Both the position numbers and the translations under genes were made by a program. This document shows positions 12,095-21,941 of a stretch of 64,000 bases of DNA, one piece after another. Origin of the DNA: an uncultured Gemmatimonadaceae bacterium (GTDB lineage Bacteria > Gemmatimonadota > Gemmatimonadetes > Gemmatimonadales > Gemmatimonadaceae); contig CAWHHI010000008.1 in NCBI GenBank assembly GCA_963829055.1, positions 256,001 to 320,000 on the forward strand, written 5' to 3'. A model generated the notes under the pieces. The model did no database searches, was not told the origin of the DNA, and saw only the letters and a program-made list of their open reading frames with translations. Positions within the stretch are counted from its first letter, which is position 1; each line of letters begins with the position of its first letter.

Positions 12095-12115
12095 CTCTTG
12101 AACGAACGGGCTGAC
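12095..12115 (-). promoter_or_regulatory. Candidate AraC-family binding site (GTCAGCC-N5-GTTCAAGAG) upstream of the GNAT gene
   Basis: Minus strand GTCAGCCcgttcGTTCAAGAG; same motif at 14039-14080 and 14763-14783. Confidence 0.6.
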
Positions 12116-12135
12116 CTTTCGGCCGCGTGCGTCGC

Positions 12136-13470
12136 TCAGCGACGAGCTGGCGGATCGAGGAATCCGGGCGGCGCCGTGAGCGGCCCGCTCAACGTTCGCA
12201 GAAAGGCCACCAGCTGATCCATCTCGCGTTGCGAGAGCCGAAGCGTCTTGAGCTCACTGTGGCCGAACGGCGCACGCGGGGCATTGCTGTAGTGCGCGAC
12301 GACCTGCTCCAGCGTGGCGATCTGTCCGGCGTGCATGTAGGGCGCGCGAGCCGCGACGTTTCTGAGCGATGGCGTCTTGTAGGCGCGCAGAAGCTCCTCG
12401 CCCTCCGTCACGGCGAACCGCAGTTCCTCGCAGTCCTCTGCCTTGGCGTCGCTGTAGCGGCTCGTGCAGTTGAATTCGCCCGCCACTGCCTGCCGGACTC
12501 CTAACGCGCGTCCGCTGTCGGGACTCGCGACGGCCGACGATGCGGGCACGCCGGTGTTGTGGAAATGGTTGTCGGTGAGCAGCGGCCCGTTGTGGCACGT
12601 GACGCAATTCGCCTTGCCAATGAACAGGCGCAGTCCGGCTTCCTCGTCCTTCGAGAATGCGTTGTCCTGGGTTTTCGGCTTTCCGTTCAGCTCTGCGTCC
12701 ACGTAGCGGTCGAAGCGTGAAGGCGCGTACTCGATGCGCCGCTCGTAGGCGGCGATCGCCTTACCGATGTTCGCGTAGACCTGGGTGATTTCCTCACGAC
12801 GCACGGCTGGAATCCGCTGCCATGCGCCGCGCCATGCGGTGTCGGCGACCGGGCCGGCGCGCTGCGGCAGTCCCGCGAGATCCGGCAGCTTTCCGAACAC
12901 GGCCTCGTACTCGCCACGATAGTGCGCGCCAACGACGTGCGCGTACTGGGTGCGGCTGCCGCCGTGTTCGACCGCACTCTCGAGCGGGCCTAACGCCTGC
13001 GCCCACTGGCTGTCCGCTCGGCCATCCCAGAACAGCCACGGGCTGTGCGCCGTACCCGCGACCGGCATCGTGCGCCGAGTCGTCGTGCCGACGCCGTCGG
13101 CCAGCGGCTTTCCGTCCTGGAAATCCGTCGACGCGATGTGGCACGTCGCGCACGACACCTTCCCGTTGCCACTGAGCCGCGTCTCGAAGAACAGTTCTCG
13201 GCCGAGCGCCGCCGCGCGGGCGTCGTCCGCATAGCGGTTGGACGGGTCCGCCGGCACAGGGCCAAGACTCGTTAGCGACAGAGACCGCAGCATCGTGCGG
13301 TCCTGGGCGGACCAGCGCGGGGAGCCGTTGCCAGCGCCTCGGGCGGCGGCGGTGGAGACGACCGTCGTGCCAAGCGCGCTGGCCAACACGCTCACCAACA
13401 CGGCGAACAACAAGCTGTCGGTCATTCTCGAGTTGGCCCGGCCGGTGGGCCCAACGCGGTTGCGTGACAT
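12136..13470 (-). CDS. Diheme cytochrome c peroxidase, MauG/MbnH-like family
   Basis: Two heme motifs CATCH and CVTCH; LFWDGRADS; KTPSLRNV..APYMHAG; N-terminal hydrophobic signal. Confidence 0.9.
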   Translation of the reverse strand: MSRNRVGPTGRANSRMTDSLLFAVLVSVLASALGTTVVSTAAARGAGNGSPRWSAQDRTMLRSLSLTSLGPVPADPSNRYADDARAAALGRELFFETRLSGNGKVSCATCHIASTDFQDGKPLADGVGTTTRRTMPVAGTAHSPWLFWDGRADSQWAQALGPLESAVEHGGSRTQYAHVVGAHYRGEYEAVFGKLPDLAGLPQRAGPVADTAWRGAWQRIPAVRREEITQVYANIGKAIAAYERRIEYAPSRFDRYVDAELNGKPKTQDNAFSKDEEAGLRLFIGKANCVTCHNGPLLTDNHFHNTGVPASSAVASPDSGRALGVRQAVAGEFNCTSRYSDAKAEDCEELRFAVTEGEELLRAYKTPSLRNVAARAPYMHAGQIATLEQVVAHYSNAPRAPFGHSELKTLRLSQREMDQLVAFLRTLSGPLTAPPGFLDPPARR

Positions 13471-13530
13471 GGCAGGCTCTAGTGGAGGTCAGTGGACGGC
13501 GTGTGCGTGCAGTTCCGATCAGAGCTCGCG

Positions 13531-13953
13531 TCAGAGCTTGAGATTGAACACGAGTGAGTCACTGCCCGCGGTCGCGTTCACGCGGAACTTCACGACCCAC
13601 CAGCCGCCCATGTTGAACTTCATGCCTTCGACGAGGTGGTCGCCGTTGCCCAGCTCTCGCGTGACGCGGGGCTTCGTTGGCAGACCGTGTCCGTGCTGCG
13701 GCATGCCGCCGTCGACCACCATGGTGGCGGAGTCGACCGGCGCGCCGCTCGCGGTTTCGAGGTGAACCGTCCAGCGGTGCAATCGACCCTGGGGGATCGA
13801 GTCACCCTGCGGGTGGATCGTCGCGCGGTAGAGCCCGCCCTCGCTGGTGCGCGTCCGCGAGTAGTCCAGATCCTTGGGGGCCTTGGCGAACATCATGCAG
13901 CCGCTGAACAGGAATGCGGCGACAGCGGTAGCGAGCCTGGATGTAGAGCGCAT
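13531..13953 (-). CDS. YtkA/FixH-like lipoprotein with MPxHxH putative copper site
   Basis: Lipobox FLFSGC; DGGMPQHGHGLPT; MKFNMGGWW. Confidence 0.8.
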   Translation of the reverse strand: MRSTSRLATAVAAFLFSGCMMFAKAPKDLDYSRTRTSEGGLYRATIHPQGDSIPQGRLHRWTVHLETASGAPVDSATMVVDGGMPQHGHGLPTKPRVTRELGNGDHLVEGMKFNMGGWWVVKFRVNATAGSDSLVFNLKL

Positions 13954-14038
13954 GTGAATGCTCCGAGCGGGAGGTTGCGAGTCGAAAACGCCCACGTCGC
14001 GTGGACGTGGGCCTAGGTTACTCGCGCTCCGCACTGCG

Positions 14039-14080
14039 CTCTTGAACGACGAGGCTGCGTCGTTGAACGTAGGGGCTGAC
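14039..14080 (-). promoter_or_regulatory. Tandem AraC-type direct repeats (21-bp period) upstream of the ytkA-like gene
   Basis: Minus strand GTCAGCCcctacGTTCAA then CGCAGCCtcgtcGTTCAAGAG; TTGAAC at 14042 and 14063 on +. Confidence 0.65.
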
Positions 14081-14129
14081 TTGAATGAGCCGAGGTCGGG
14101 CCCTGGGCTATCGGAGCTCCAGCGGTGCG

Positions 14130-14632
14130 CTACCGGGTAGCGGCGCTATCCCTGAGCGGGCCGGCCAGGTGCATCGCCGACGGGGGGAAGCCGAACATCC
14201 GACGCGACGTCCGCGTTAGGTGTGCGGCGTCGGCGAATCCGGCCCGATGCGCGGCCGACGACAGCGACTCGCCAGCGGTCATGAGCTCCCACACCCTGAG
14301 GAACCGACGCCAGAGGATGTACGGCCGGAGCGCCATGCCCGTCTCCTCGACGAAGAGGTGGCGAAAACGACTCGGCGAGAGATAGGCCGCGGCCGCTATG
14401 TCCGCACCACCGACGCATCCATCGTATGCGGCTGCCTCGAGGGGATGAGCACGCCGTCGTACTCGGTCCAGTCATCACGATCGGACGCCCGAAAGCGAAT
14501 ACCATGTTGCGACCCGAACGCGATCTGAATGGCGTAGTGCGCATGCATCGGGGTCACCGCGGTCGCCCGACTCAGGAACGCGCACCCACCGTCCCAGGAC
14601 ACAAAGTGCCCAGTTCCTACTACAGTGCTCAC
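14130..14632 (-). pseudogene. AraC family regulator with internal deletion
   Basis: Cupin-like N-terminus (HAHYAIQI, IPSRQPH) joined out of frame near 14400 to the HTH region (LSPSRFRHLF, GFADAAHLTRTSRRMFG); only ~500 bp long. Confidence 0.75.
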
Positions 14633-14762
14633 GAGACCCTCCCCTTCCTGTCGTGCCAATCGTACGCGCCGAGCAGCGGATGGCAATTGTTGTTTGCACA
14701 GCCCGCCGTGCGGATCGTGCCTCCACGTTAGGTCCGCGATCGGGAACGGTAGAAGAACAAAC

Positions 14763-14783
14763 GTCAGCCTCTCCGTTCAAGAG
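14763..14783 (+). promoter_or_regulatory. Candidate AraC-family binding site upstream of the second YtkA-like gene
   Basis: GTCAGCCtctccGTTCAAGAG, oriented with the downstream gene. Confidence 0.6.
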
Positions 14784-14861
14784 TCCGGCGGCCGACGGCG
14801 TCATCTTCCTGTCGCCTGCCAACGTTTGTTCGTTCTGATGCCCGTACGGGCGAGAGGAATC

Positions 14862-15419
14862 ATGCACACGCAGACTGGGGAACTTCCGATTTTCGGTGCG
14901 CCGGCGGATGCCGAGCAGCAGGGGACTCGACTGACCGTCACCATGGCCGGCGCGTTTCTGCTCATCGCCGCGCTGTCGTGGGCGACGTGGGCAAGACCCG
15001 CCGAGATGACCAACCTGTCGGCGAGTGCCGGAGTGCCGTCCGCGGCCGGCATCGTCACGAGCCTCGGCCTGCGCCCCTCGCACAACGCGCGCTACCAGGC
15101 CGAAGTCACGTCGGTCACGCCTTTCGCGCTCCGCGAGCCACAGCGTTGGGCGATACGCCTAACGCAACACGGCGAAGGGCAAGTCGCGAATGCGCGGATC
15201 AGAGTGAAGTCGTGGGCGCCCGAAACCGGCGAGGTGTCGCGCATCACGCCAAGCGCTCATTACGTCGGAGGCGGTCGATACGTGGTGGACGACATCATTT
15301 TCAACCGCCCGGGACTGTGGAACGTCGCACTGGTCATTGACGGCCCCGCCGGAGTCGACAGCGTCGCCTTCAACGTCATCATGCCAACGTCATCGCTGGA
15401 GGCGCGCCTGCAGCGGTGA
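14862..15419 (+). CDS. YtkA/FixH-like membrane or secreted protein lacking the MPxHxH motif
   Basis: TM segment; GGGRYVVDDIIFNRPGLW and GVDSVAFN align by eye with the C-terminus of 13531..13953. Confidence 0.65.
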   Translation: MHTQTGELPIFGAPADAEQQGTRLTVTMAGAFLLIAALSWATWARPAEMTNLSASAGVPSAAGIVTSLGLRPSHNARYQAEVTSVTPFALREPQRWAIRLTQHGEGQVANARIRVKSWAPETGEVSRITPSAHYVGGGRYVVDDIIFNRPGLWNVALVIDGPAGVDSVAFNVIMPTSSLEARLQR

Positions 15420-15555
15420 CCGGGCGGAATGTGTATTGCCCTTCAGCGCTCCGATGGACGCTCGACGGGCATTCGGTCCGGCAGCGTCTGTCTCGGGGGG
15501 CCATGCACACTACCGCGACACCCGCCGGGACCATGTTGGCCCAGCGAGCCGACGT

Positions 15556-15775
15556 CTCCGGGTCATATCCACGAGGACGTTAGGCGGACCCAACGTCTGG
15601 CACCTCGCGCCGGCGCTGGTCGCGGAGGTGCGCACCGGCTCGCTGGTCGACGTCGGGTGCAGAAGCGCAGAGGTCGTGCAGTCTCGAGGAGGCCGACGCG
15701 GTCGCGCACGTAATCGACGTGATGCGTCCGGGCGACATCGTCGTCATCATCGCCGACGCGGCGTCAGTGCTGCAG
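15556..15775 (+). pseudogene. Collapsed cyanophycin synthetase-like remnant (N-terminus joined to C-terminus)
   Basis: LRVISTRTLGGPNVW resembles a CphA N-terminus; IDVMRPGDIVVIIAD resembles the Mur-ligase-like CphA C-terminus. Confidence 0.45.
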
Positions 15776-15919
15776 GATCAGCCCCTGGGGTACTGGGGCT
15801 GCACAGACGACTCGACCACCCGGCGCCTAACGCGTCGGGCGGGTCCCGGCGCGCCATCATCAGCGCGCCGCCGCCAGCACGCCCGCGGCGACGTGCGCGG
15901 CGCGCTGACGCCACCGAGA

Positions 15920-16555
15920 TCACCCGTCAGCGACGTCCATCCAGAACTCCGGGAGCCCACGCACTTGCTGCAAGGCTGCCGCAGCGCGCGGGTCTCGCAG
16001 CGCACGTGTCATCGTGCGCAGTGTCACACCATGGCTCGGCCGAGAGATGACCTCCGCGGCATCGCCCGCTCCGACGTCGCCCTCTTCGATGACGCGGAAG
16101 TACGCGCCCGAGCGTTCGGCGGCGAGGAATTTCTTCGGGAAGAGTCGATCGCCCATGCGAATGCCGAGCTTGTAGCACGGCAGACGTGGCTGTGCGACCT
16201 CGAGCAGCGCCGACCCGATCCGCCATCGCTCGCCAACGACCGTCGCGGAAAGATCGACGCCCTCGAGCGTTAGGTTCTCTCCGAACAGGCCCACCGGCGT
16301 CTCGATGCCCTCGTGCGAGCGCCAGAACTCGTAGTCCTCGCTCGCATAGGCGTACACCGCCTTGTCCGGGCCGCCGTGCACGGTCCTGTCAGCCTGATCG
16401 TCTCCGACGAAGTTCACGCCTCGGAGCGCGACGCGCCCGGTGACGGGCGACTTCCAGATCCCGGTGGTGACGAGCGTTCCGCGCCACTCGACTTCACGGA
16501 TGGCGCCGACGTTGACGGACAACACGCGTGGCGTCGTCGCCGTCGGGCTACTCAC
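15920..16555 (-). CDS. MOSC domain protein (YiiM-like)
   Basis: GDDQADRTVHGGPDKAV, FGENLT, QPRLPCYKL. Confidence 0.9.
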   Translation of the reverse strand: MSSPTATTPRVLSVNVGAIREVEWRGTLVTTGIWKSPVTGRVALRGVNFVGDDQADRTVHGGPDKAVYAYASEDYEFWRSHEGIETPVGLFGENLTLEGVDLSATVVGERWRIGSALLEVAQPRLPCYKLGIRMGDRLFPKKFLAAERSGAYFRVIEEGDVGAGDAAEVISRPSHGVTLRTMTRALRDPRAAAALQQVRGLPEFWMDVADG

Positions 16556-16910
16556 CGCCGCACGTCCGCGCCCACGGGATCAGATCGAGTCGCTCGAACG
16601 GGATGTCGCGGCCGGTGTTCTCACAGACACCGAACTCGTTAGGCCGCTGATACAGTCGCTCGAGGGCCGCGTCGATCTCGGCGAGCTCACGCGAGATGCG
16701 CGTCTCGTTCGACGCCTGGAGCTCGTCGTTCATGGTGTCGGTCCCGAGGTCGGCGGGGTGGAACGGCATTTGGGACAGGTCTCCCGCCTCATCTCGCTGG
16801 GTGCCGTCCGCCTGGTCAGTCACTTCTCGATTCAGCAGACTGAGCGCTCGCGCGCGCTCATCCAGCAGACGCCGTCCGAGGTGCGCGCGTTGCGCGGTGG
16901 TGAGGGACAT
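16548..16910 (-). CDS. TraR/DksA family protein
   Basis: Coiled coil with HPADLGTD, EIDAALERL, FGVCENTGRDIPFERL..IPWARTC. Confidence 0.85.
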   Translation of the reverse strand: MSLTTAQRAHLGRRLLDERARALSLLNREVTDQADGTQRDEAGDLSQMPFHPADLGTDTMNDELQASNETRISRELAEIDAALERLYQRPNEFGVCENTGRDIPFERLDLIPWARTCGGE

Positions 16911-16989
16911 GAGTTTGCTCCTGGTTGAGGGCCGTCAGGCGAGACTCTCGACTGAAGCATACCGGCGCGGCGCCGTCCTCAGAATGCTG

Positions 16990-17255
16990 CGCCGGTCCTA
17001 TCCTCAACGCGCCGACCAATCATCGTCTCGCGAAACGCAGGGTTCGAGGGTGGGTCCTTGGCTCTAGAGACTGGCAGGGTCCCACGCAGCAACCCGAGGG
17101 CGCCCTACATCGGGAACGGCCGCTATCAGGTGGACAGCATCTACTTCACTCGTCCGGAGTTGTGGAGCGTCGGACTCGTCATTCGCGCTGATGCGGGCGT
17201 GGACAGCCTTGCCTCCACCGCCAACATGCCAGACACATCACGACGACAGCGTTAG
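16990..17255 (+). pseudogene. Degenerate C-terminal fragment of a third YtkA-like paralog
   Basis: YIGNGRYQVDSIYFTRPELWSVGLVI..GVDSLA matches 14862..15419; no N-terminus. Confidence 0.6.
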
Positions 17256-17300
17256 GCGCATCGATAACGGCACACGCAGGTGACTGGGGGCGTTAGGCAG

Positions 17301-20009
17301 TCACTGCGGGTGCTCCCGCAGGAACCGCTCGAACGCGGGCGTGCCGCGGAGCACGAATAGCGAAGGTTCCATGGCATATCGGCGTGATGTGTATCCCCCG
17401 CTGGGGCTCGCGAGTCCGGCGGCCAGCCAGCGCACGGCCGTCTCGGGTTCGCCCAGGCGCGCGTAGACCGCCGCTGCGGAGCGTGGGAAGAAGACATCGG
17501 TGAGGTCGGGCCGCGACGCTGTGCGGCGCGCCGTCGCGAGCGCTGTTACAAGCGTGCGACGTGCCACAGCGGTATCTCCGACACCTGCCTCGGCGAGAGC
17601 GCGCTGAAGCAGCAGCGTTGGCGCGTACGGTCCGGTCAGCGGCCGCGACATCAGCAGGGTACGAATCGAGTCGTAATACACGCGCGCGCCGGCCGGCTCC
17701 CCGCGGTGGTGGAAGACGTCCGCTTTGATGCTGTAGTAGAACAACACGCTATCGTAAAGCGCGGTAATACCCAGCTCGCGCGCCGACAGCGCGACATACC
17801 GTGAACCGTACGCTCCGCCGATGTATGGCATGTACCCGAGCACGGTATTGTCGGGCCGGGAGACATGGGCGAGTGCACGGTCCAAAGTGCGCCGTTGGGT
17901 AGTCGTATCTTCAAGATTGAATGTCAGTTCCAGTAGTACCGCCCACCCTCGCGAGTCAGTCGAGTCGAGTGCGACGCTGGCGTCCGAGTAGCGGCGCGCG
18001 TCGTCCCATCGACGCATCATGACCGCCTCGTTCGCCACGAGCACAAGCGATCGCATGGAGCGTGGGTCGAGGACCGCAGCGCGTTTGGCAAGCGCATAAC
18101 CACTGTCGGCGTGCTGGCGCAGCAACAAAAGGATGCTTGCGCCGCGGAGAACGGCTGGATCATTGGGTGCTGCCGAGAGTGCCCGCGCGACCAGCGTATC
18201 GGCACTCGTGGTGTCGTGGTCGTAGTCAAATCGAAGACCGGCGAGTGCGAGAAGGACGCGCGGCTGACCGGGGGCGTGCACGAGCGCGCGATCGATGGTC
18301 GCGCGCGTGCGCGCCTCCGAGTCACGGTCAACGGTCGTGAAGATGGCCAGTGCGTAGTACACTGCTGCGAGCTCGCCCCACGCCTCGGCGAACATGGAGT
18401 CGAGTGCGACCGCGGTCTCGAACTCGGCTGCCGCTCGCTTCATCCCCTCTGTCGACGCTCCGTACGCGACCGCGTCCCACGCGGCGACGCCGCGCACCCA
18501 CGCCGCGAACGCTTCCGGACTATTCGTCATCCGCCGGGCGAGCGCAGCGCGGTCGTTAGGCCGGAGCTCGACGGCCAGCGCGTCGGCCACCTTCGTGGCG
18601 ATGTCACCCTGCGCGGTGAACGGGTCGCCCGGCGTGATCACCACCGGCGTTCCGGTCCAGCGGGTGGTGCCGGCCCGGGCGTCGACGAGCGTCGGCGTCA
18701 CCTGCGCGCGCCACACCCCACCGGCGTCCTTCGCCCAGCGCACCACGCCTTCGAGCAGCCACAGCACGCCGAGCTCGGCGCCGATCTGCTTCGCCGATTT
18801 CGTCGTCTGCCGGTACTGTGCGGCACTCTGCCGGTCGATGACGGCGAGCCCGGGGAGCGCGACCAGCTTCGCGGTCACCGCGTCGGTCAGCCCGTCGGTG
18901 AACACCGTCTGCTCGCTCGGACCGGCGTTCTCGAACGGCAGGACGGCTAGCATCACGGGGCCTGTCGGGTCGGCGACAACGGCCAAGCTCCGCCTCGTTC
19001 CCCACGCGTATGCCCCGGCCGCGACTGCGACGGTGAGAATGGCCGCAGCAATGCCGACCCACGGCCGCCGCGCCGGCCGCGGGCGGTGCTCGCCCGACCA
19101 GGCAGTCCCGTCGAGCACCGTCGAGCAGCTCGGCGGCTGACGCGGGGCGCTCGCGCCGGATCTTTCGCGAGGCATCCGCATCACGAGCGCGCCGAGCACC
19201 GACGGGACGCCGCTGCCTAACGGGCCGGTCGACGCGAGCGCCGGCGGCACTTCCGACATGTGCGCCGCGATCAGCTGCGGGGCCGTCGTCCTGCCGGCGA
19301 ACGGATGGCGGCCCGCGAGCAGCTCGTACGCGATCACACCCCACGCGTAGAGATCAGCGCGTGCGTCGACGTCGCCGCCCGCCGCCTGCTCCGGCGCCAT
19401 GTACGCCGGCGTCCCGAGCGACGTGCCCCGCTGCGTCAGCGTCGCGTCCGCCGGCGCCGTCCGCGCCGCCGAGAGCGCCTTCGCGATGCCAAAGTCGGTA
19501 ACGACCGCGGTGCCTGACGAGAGCAGCACGTTCGCCGGCTTGATGTCGCGGTGCACGATGCCGTGGGCGTGTGCATACCCGAGCGCACGCGCCACGTCAC
19601 GCAGAATACTCACCGCTTCGGACAGCGGCACAGGGCCGCGCGCGATGCGCGCCCGTAGGTCGTCGCCATCGACGAGCGGCATCGTATACCACGGCAACCC
19701 GTCGGCCGTCGCGCCGGCCGCGTGCACCGGCACGATGTGCGGCTCCTGCAGCGCGGCCGCGAGCCTGATCTCACGCGTGAAGCGCTCGGCACTCAAGCCT
19801 GCAGCGAGCTCGGGTGCTAGGACCTTCACAACGACGTCGCGGCCGAGCGCCTGGTCGCGCGCCACGAACACGCGGGACGTCCCCCCGCCCCCGAGCTCGC
19901 GCTCGAGCGTGAAGCCGGGGCCGAGCGACGTCTGGAGGTGCTGGCGGAGCGGATCGCTCAAGGTGGGACCGGCGAGGGACTGCGAGCGCGCAGACGCGCC
20001 AGTGAACAT
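17301..20009 (-). CDS. Hanks-type Ser/Thr protein kinase with TM helix and TolB-like/TPR C-terminal region
   Basis: LGGGGTSRV, HRDIKPAN, DFG, GTPAYMAPE, AVLPFEN; short compensated frameshift near 19120-19175. Confidence 0.92.
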   Translation of the reverse strand: MFTGASARSQSLAGPTLSDPLRQHLQTSLGPGFTLERELGGGGTSRVFVARDQALGRDVVVKVLAPELAAGLSAERFTREIRLAAALQEPHIVPVHAAGATADGLPWYTMPLVDGDDLRARIARGPVPLSEAVSILRDVARALGYAHAHGIVHRDIKPANVLLSSGTAVVTDFGIAKALSAARTAPADATLTQRGTSLGTPAYMAPEQAAGGDVDARADLYAWGVIAYELLAGRHPFAGRTTAPQLIAAHMSEVPPALASTGPLGSGVPSVLGALVMRMPRERSGASAPRQPPSCSTVLDGTAWSGEHRPRPARRPWVGIAAAILTVAVAAGAYAWGTRRSLAVVADPTGPVMLAVLPFENAGPSEQTVFTDGLTDAVTAKLVALPGLAVIDRQSAAQYRQTTKSAKQIGAELGVLWLLEGVVRWAKDAGGVWRAQVTPTLVDARAGTTRWTGTPVVITPGDPFTAQGDIATKVADALAVELRPNDRAALARRMTNSPEAFAAWVRGVAAWDAVAYGASTEGMKRAAAEFETAVALDSMFAEAWGELAAVYYALAIFTTVDRDSEARTRATIDRALVHAPGQPRVLLALAGLRFDYDHDTTSADTLVARALSAAPNDPAVLRGASILLLLRQHADSGYALAKRAAVLDPRSMRSLVLVANEAVMMRRWDDARRYSDASVALDSTDSRGWAVLLELTFNLEDTTTQRRTLDRALAHVSRPDNTVLGYMPYIGGAYGSRYVALSARELGITALYDSVLFYYSIKADVFHHRGEPAGARVYYDSIRTLLMSRPLTGPYAPTLLLQRALAEAGVGDTAVARRTLVTALATARRTASRPDLTDVFFPRSAAAVYARLGEPETAVRWLAAGLASPSGGYTSRRYAMEPSLFVLRGTPAFERFLREHPQ

Positions 20010-20215
20010 ACGCCGAGGTTCACGACGTGTCCACTCGGGCCGGCGGCGCTTAGTGGTCCTGCCTAACTACCGCACGAACGTTCGGCGTCACCATTGGCGA
20101 CGCGATATCGCGTCGCCTGGACAGTGCTTGTGAAAATCGCGTTCAGCGGAGCGCGCAGGCGCGCCGCGACCGTGGGAATCCAAACGCGCCGCGTTTCTCG
20201 TTAGGCCCGCGACGT

Positions 20216-21868
20216 CTACTCCATGATCGCGTGAGATCCGCCAGCACCGCGCGTCTGCCGCACGAGCAGGAGCATGGGGATGATCGCCAGAATGATGATC
20301 GCGCTGAGCACGTAGACGCGGGAATACGCGATCACACTCGCCTGCCCCATGAGCTGTCCCTCGATCAGCCGATACGCTCGCGCGCGCGCCGTCACTGCGT
20401 CCACACCTCGGCCCATCATGCCGCGCGTGAGCATCTCGACCCGATTCAGACTCGTCGCATCGATCGACGTGACGTGCTCGGCCAGCACGGCGCGATACTG
20501 CGCCGTGTATCGCGAGAGCAGCGTCGCGATACCCGCGATGCCGAACGAGCCACCGAGCTGGCGGAAGAAGTTGTAGAGCCCGGTTCCCTGCGGCAGCTCC
20601 GCGGTCGAGAGCTCGGCAAGCGTGATCGTGGTGAGCGGCACGAACATCAAGCCGAGGCCCGACGCCGCGGAGAATGAGCGGCCAGAAGAAATCGCCGGCG
20701 CCGCTCTCGCCGGTGATGCGCGATAGCTCCCACGCCGCGGTCGCGAAGATCAGCGCGCCCGCCGTGATGAGCAGTCGAGGATCCACGCGACTCGTCAGGC
20801 GGCCGACGACCAGCATCGAGAGCGCGGTCGCGACGGCACCCGGCAGCAGCACGATGCCCGTCTGCTCCGCCGTCATGTGCAGGTTGCTCTGCAGGAAGAC
20901 CGGGAGCGTGAACGACATGGCGTAGAGCCCGATGCCCATCACGACGCCGAGCAGCGTACCCACCCACATCTGGCGATGACGGAGGACGCGGAAGTCGATG
21001 ACCGGCTCGCGCGTCGTGAGCTCTCGCCACACGCAGCGCGACGCCGCCGACGACGCCGATCGACCGCGAGACTCGTGATGAAACGGGATTCGAACCAGTC
21101 GTCGCGCTGTCCGTGCTCGAGCAGGTACTGCAGCGCCCCGACGCTCACGGCCAGCAGCCCGATGCCAACATAGTCGATCGCGCCCGGCTTCTTCTGGTCG
21201 GCGCGGTCGTGGACGTACGCCGCGATCATGACCGACGCGAGGATACCGACCGGGATGTTGATGTAGAAGATCCACGGCCACCCGTAGTTGTCCGTCAGCC
21301 ACCCGCCTAACGTTGGACCGATCGTCGGGCCGACCATCACGCCGACGCCGAACAGCGCCATGGCGGTGCCGGCCTCCTCGGGCGGGAAGGACTCGAGCAG
21401 CACGGCCTGGGACACGGTCATGAGCGCGCCACCACCGATGCCCTGGACGATGCGCCAGAAGATCAGCGCGCCGAGCGAGTGTGACGCGCCGCAGAAGAAC
21501 GACGACACGGTGAACAGCGCGATCGAGCCGACGAAGTAGCGCTTCCGTCCGAACAGCTGACCGAGCCAGCCCGTGAGCGGGATGACGATCACGCTCGCGA
21601 GGATGTAGCCGGTCGTGACCCACGCGATCTCGTCGAGCGATGCGCCGAGGTTGCCCATCATGTCGGGCAGCGCGACGTTCACGATGGAGCTGTCGATGAC
21701 CTGCATGAGCGCGGCGAGCACGACAGCGAACGCGATGAGGTAGCGATGCTCCTCACCGCGACGGCGCTCGGGGACGGCAACGCCGGCGGGCGCCTCTGGC
21801 GTTAGGTCTTCTTCGATCGGGGTGGTACCCGCGCCGGCGTGGTCGTCGTCGACCTGAATCGTGGTCAT
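20216..21868 (-). CDS. DHA2 (EmrB/QacA) MFS efflux permease (frameshifted)
   Basis: IDSSIVNVALP, WIFYINIPVG, NFFRQLGGSFG over three frames. Confidence 0.9.
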
Positions 21869-21881
21869 CGCAAGCGGCGAG

Positions 21882-21903
21882 TTCTGTACTCGCCAGTAGA
21901 ATA
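21882..21903. promoter_or_regulatory. Candidate TetR operator upstream of the MFS gene
   Basis: TTCTGTACTcgccAGTAGAATA; palindromic TACT-N4-AGTA core shared with 22652-22673. Confidence 0.55.
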
Positions 21904-21941
21904 GTGAGCCCGTCCGCGGGACGGTCGCAGCTGAAGCCGCA

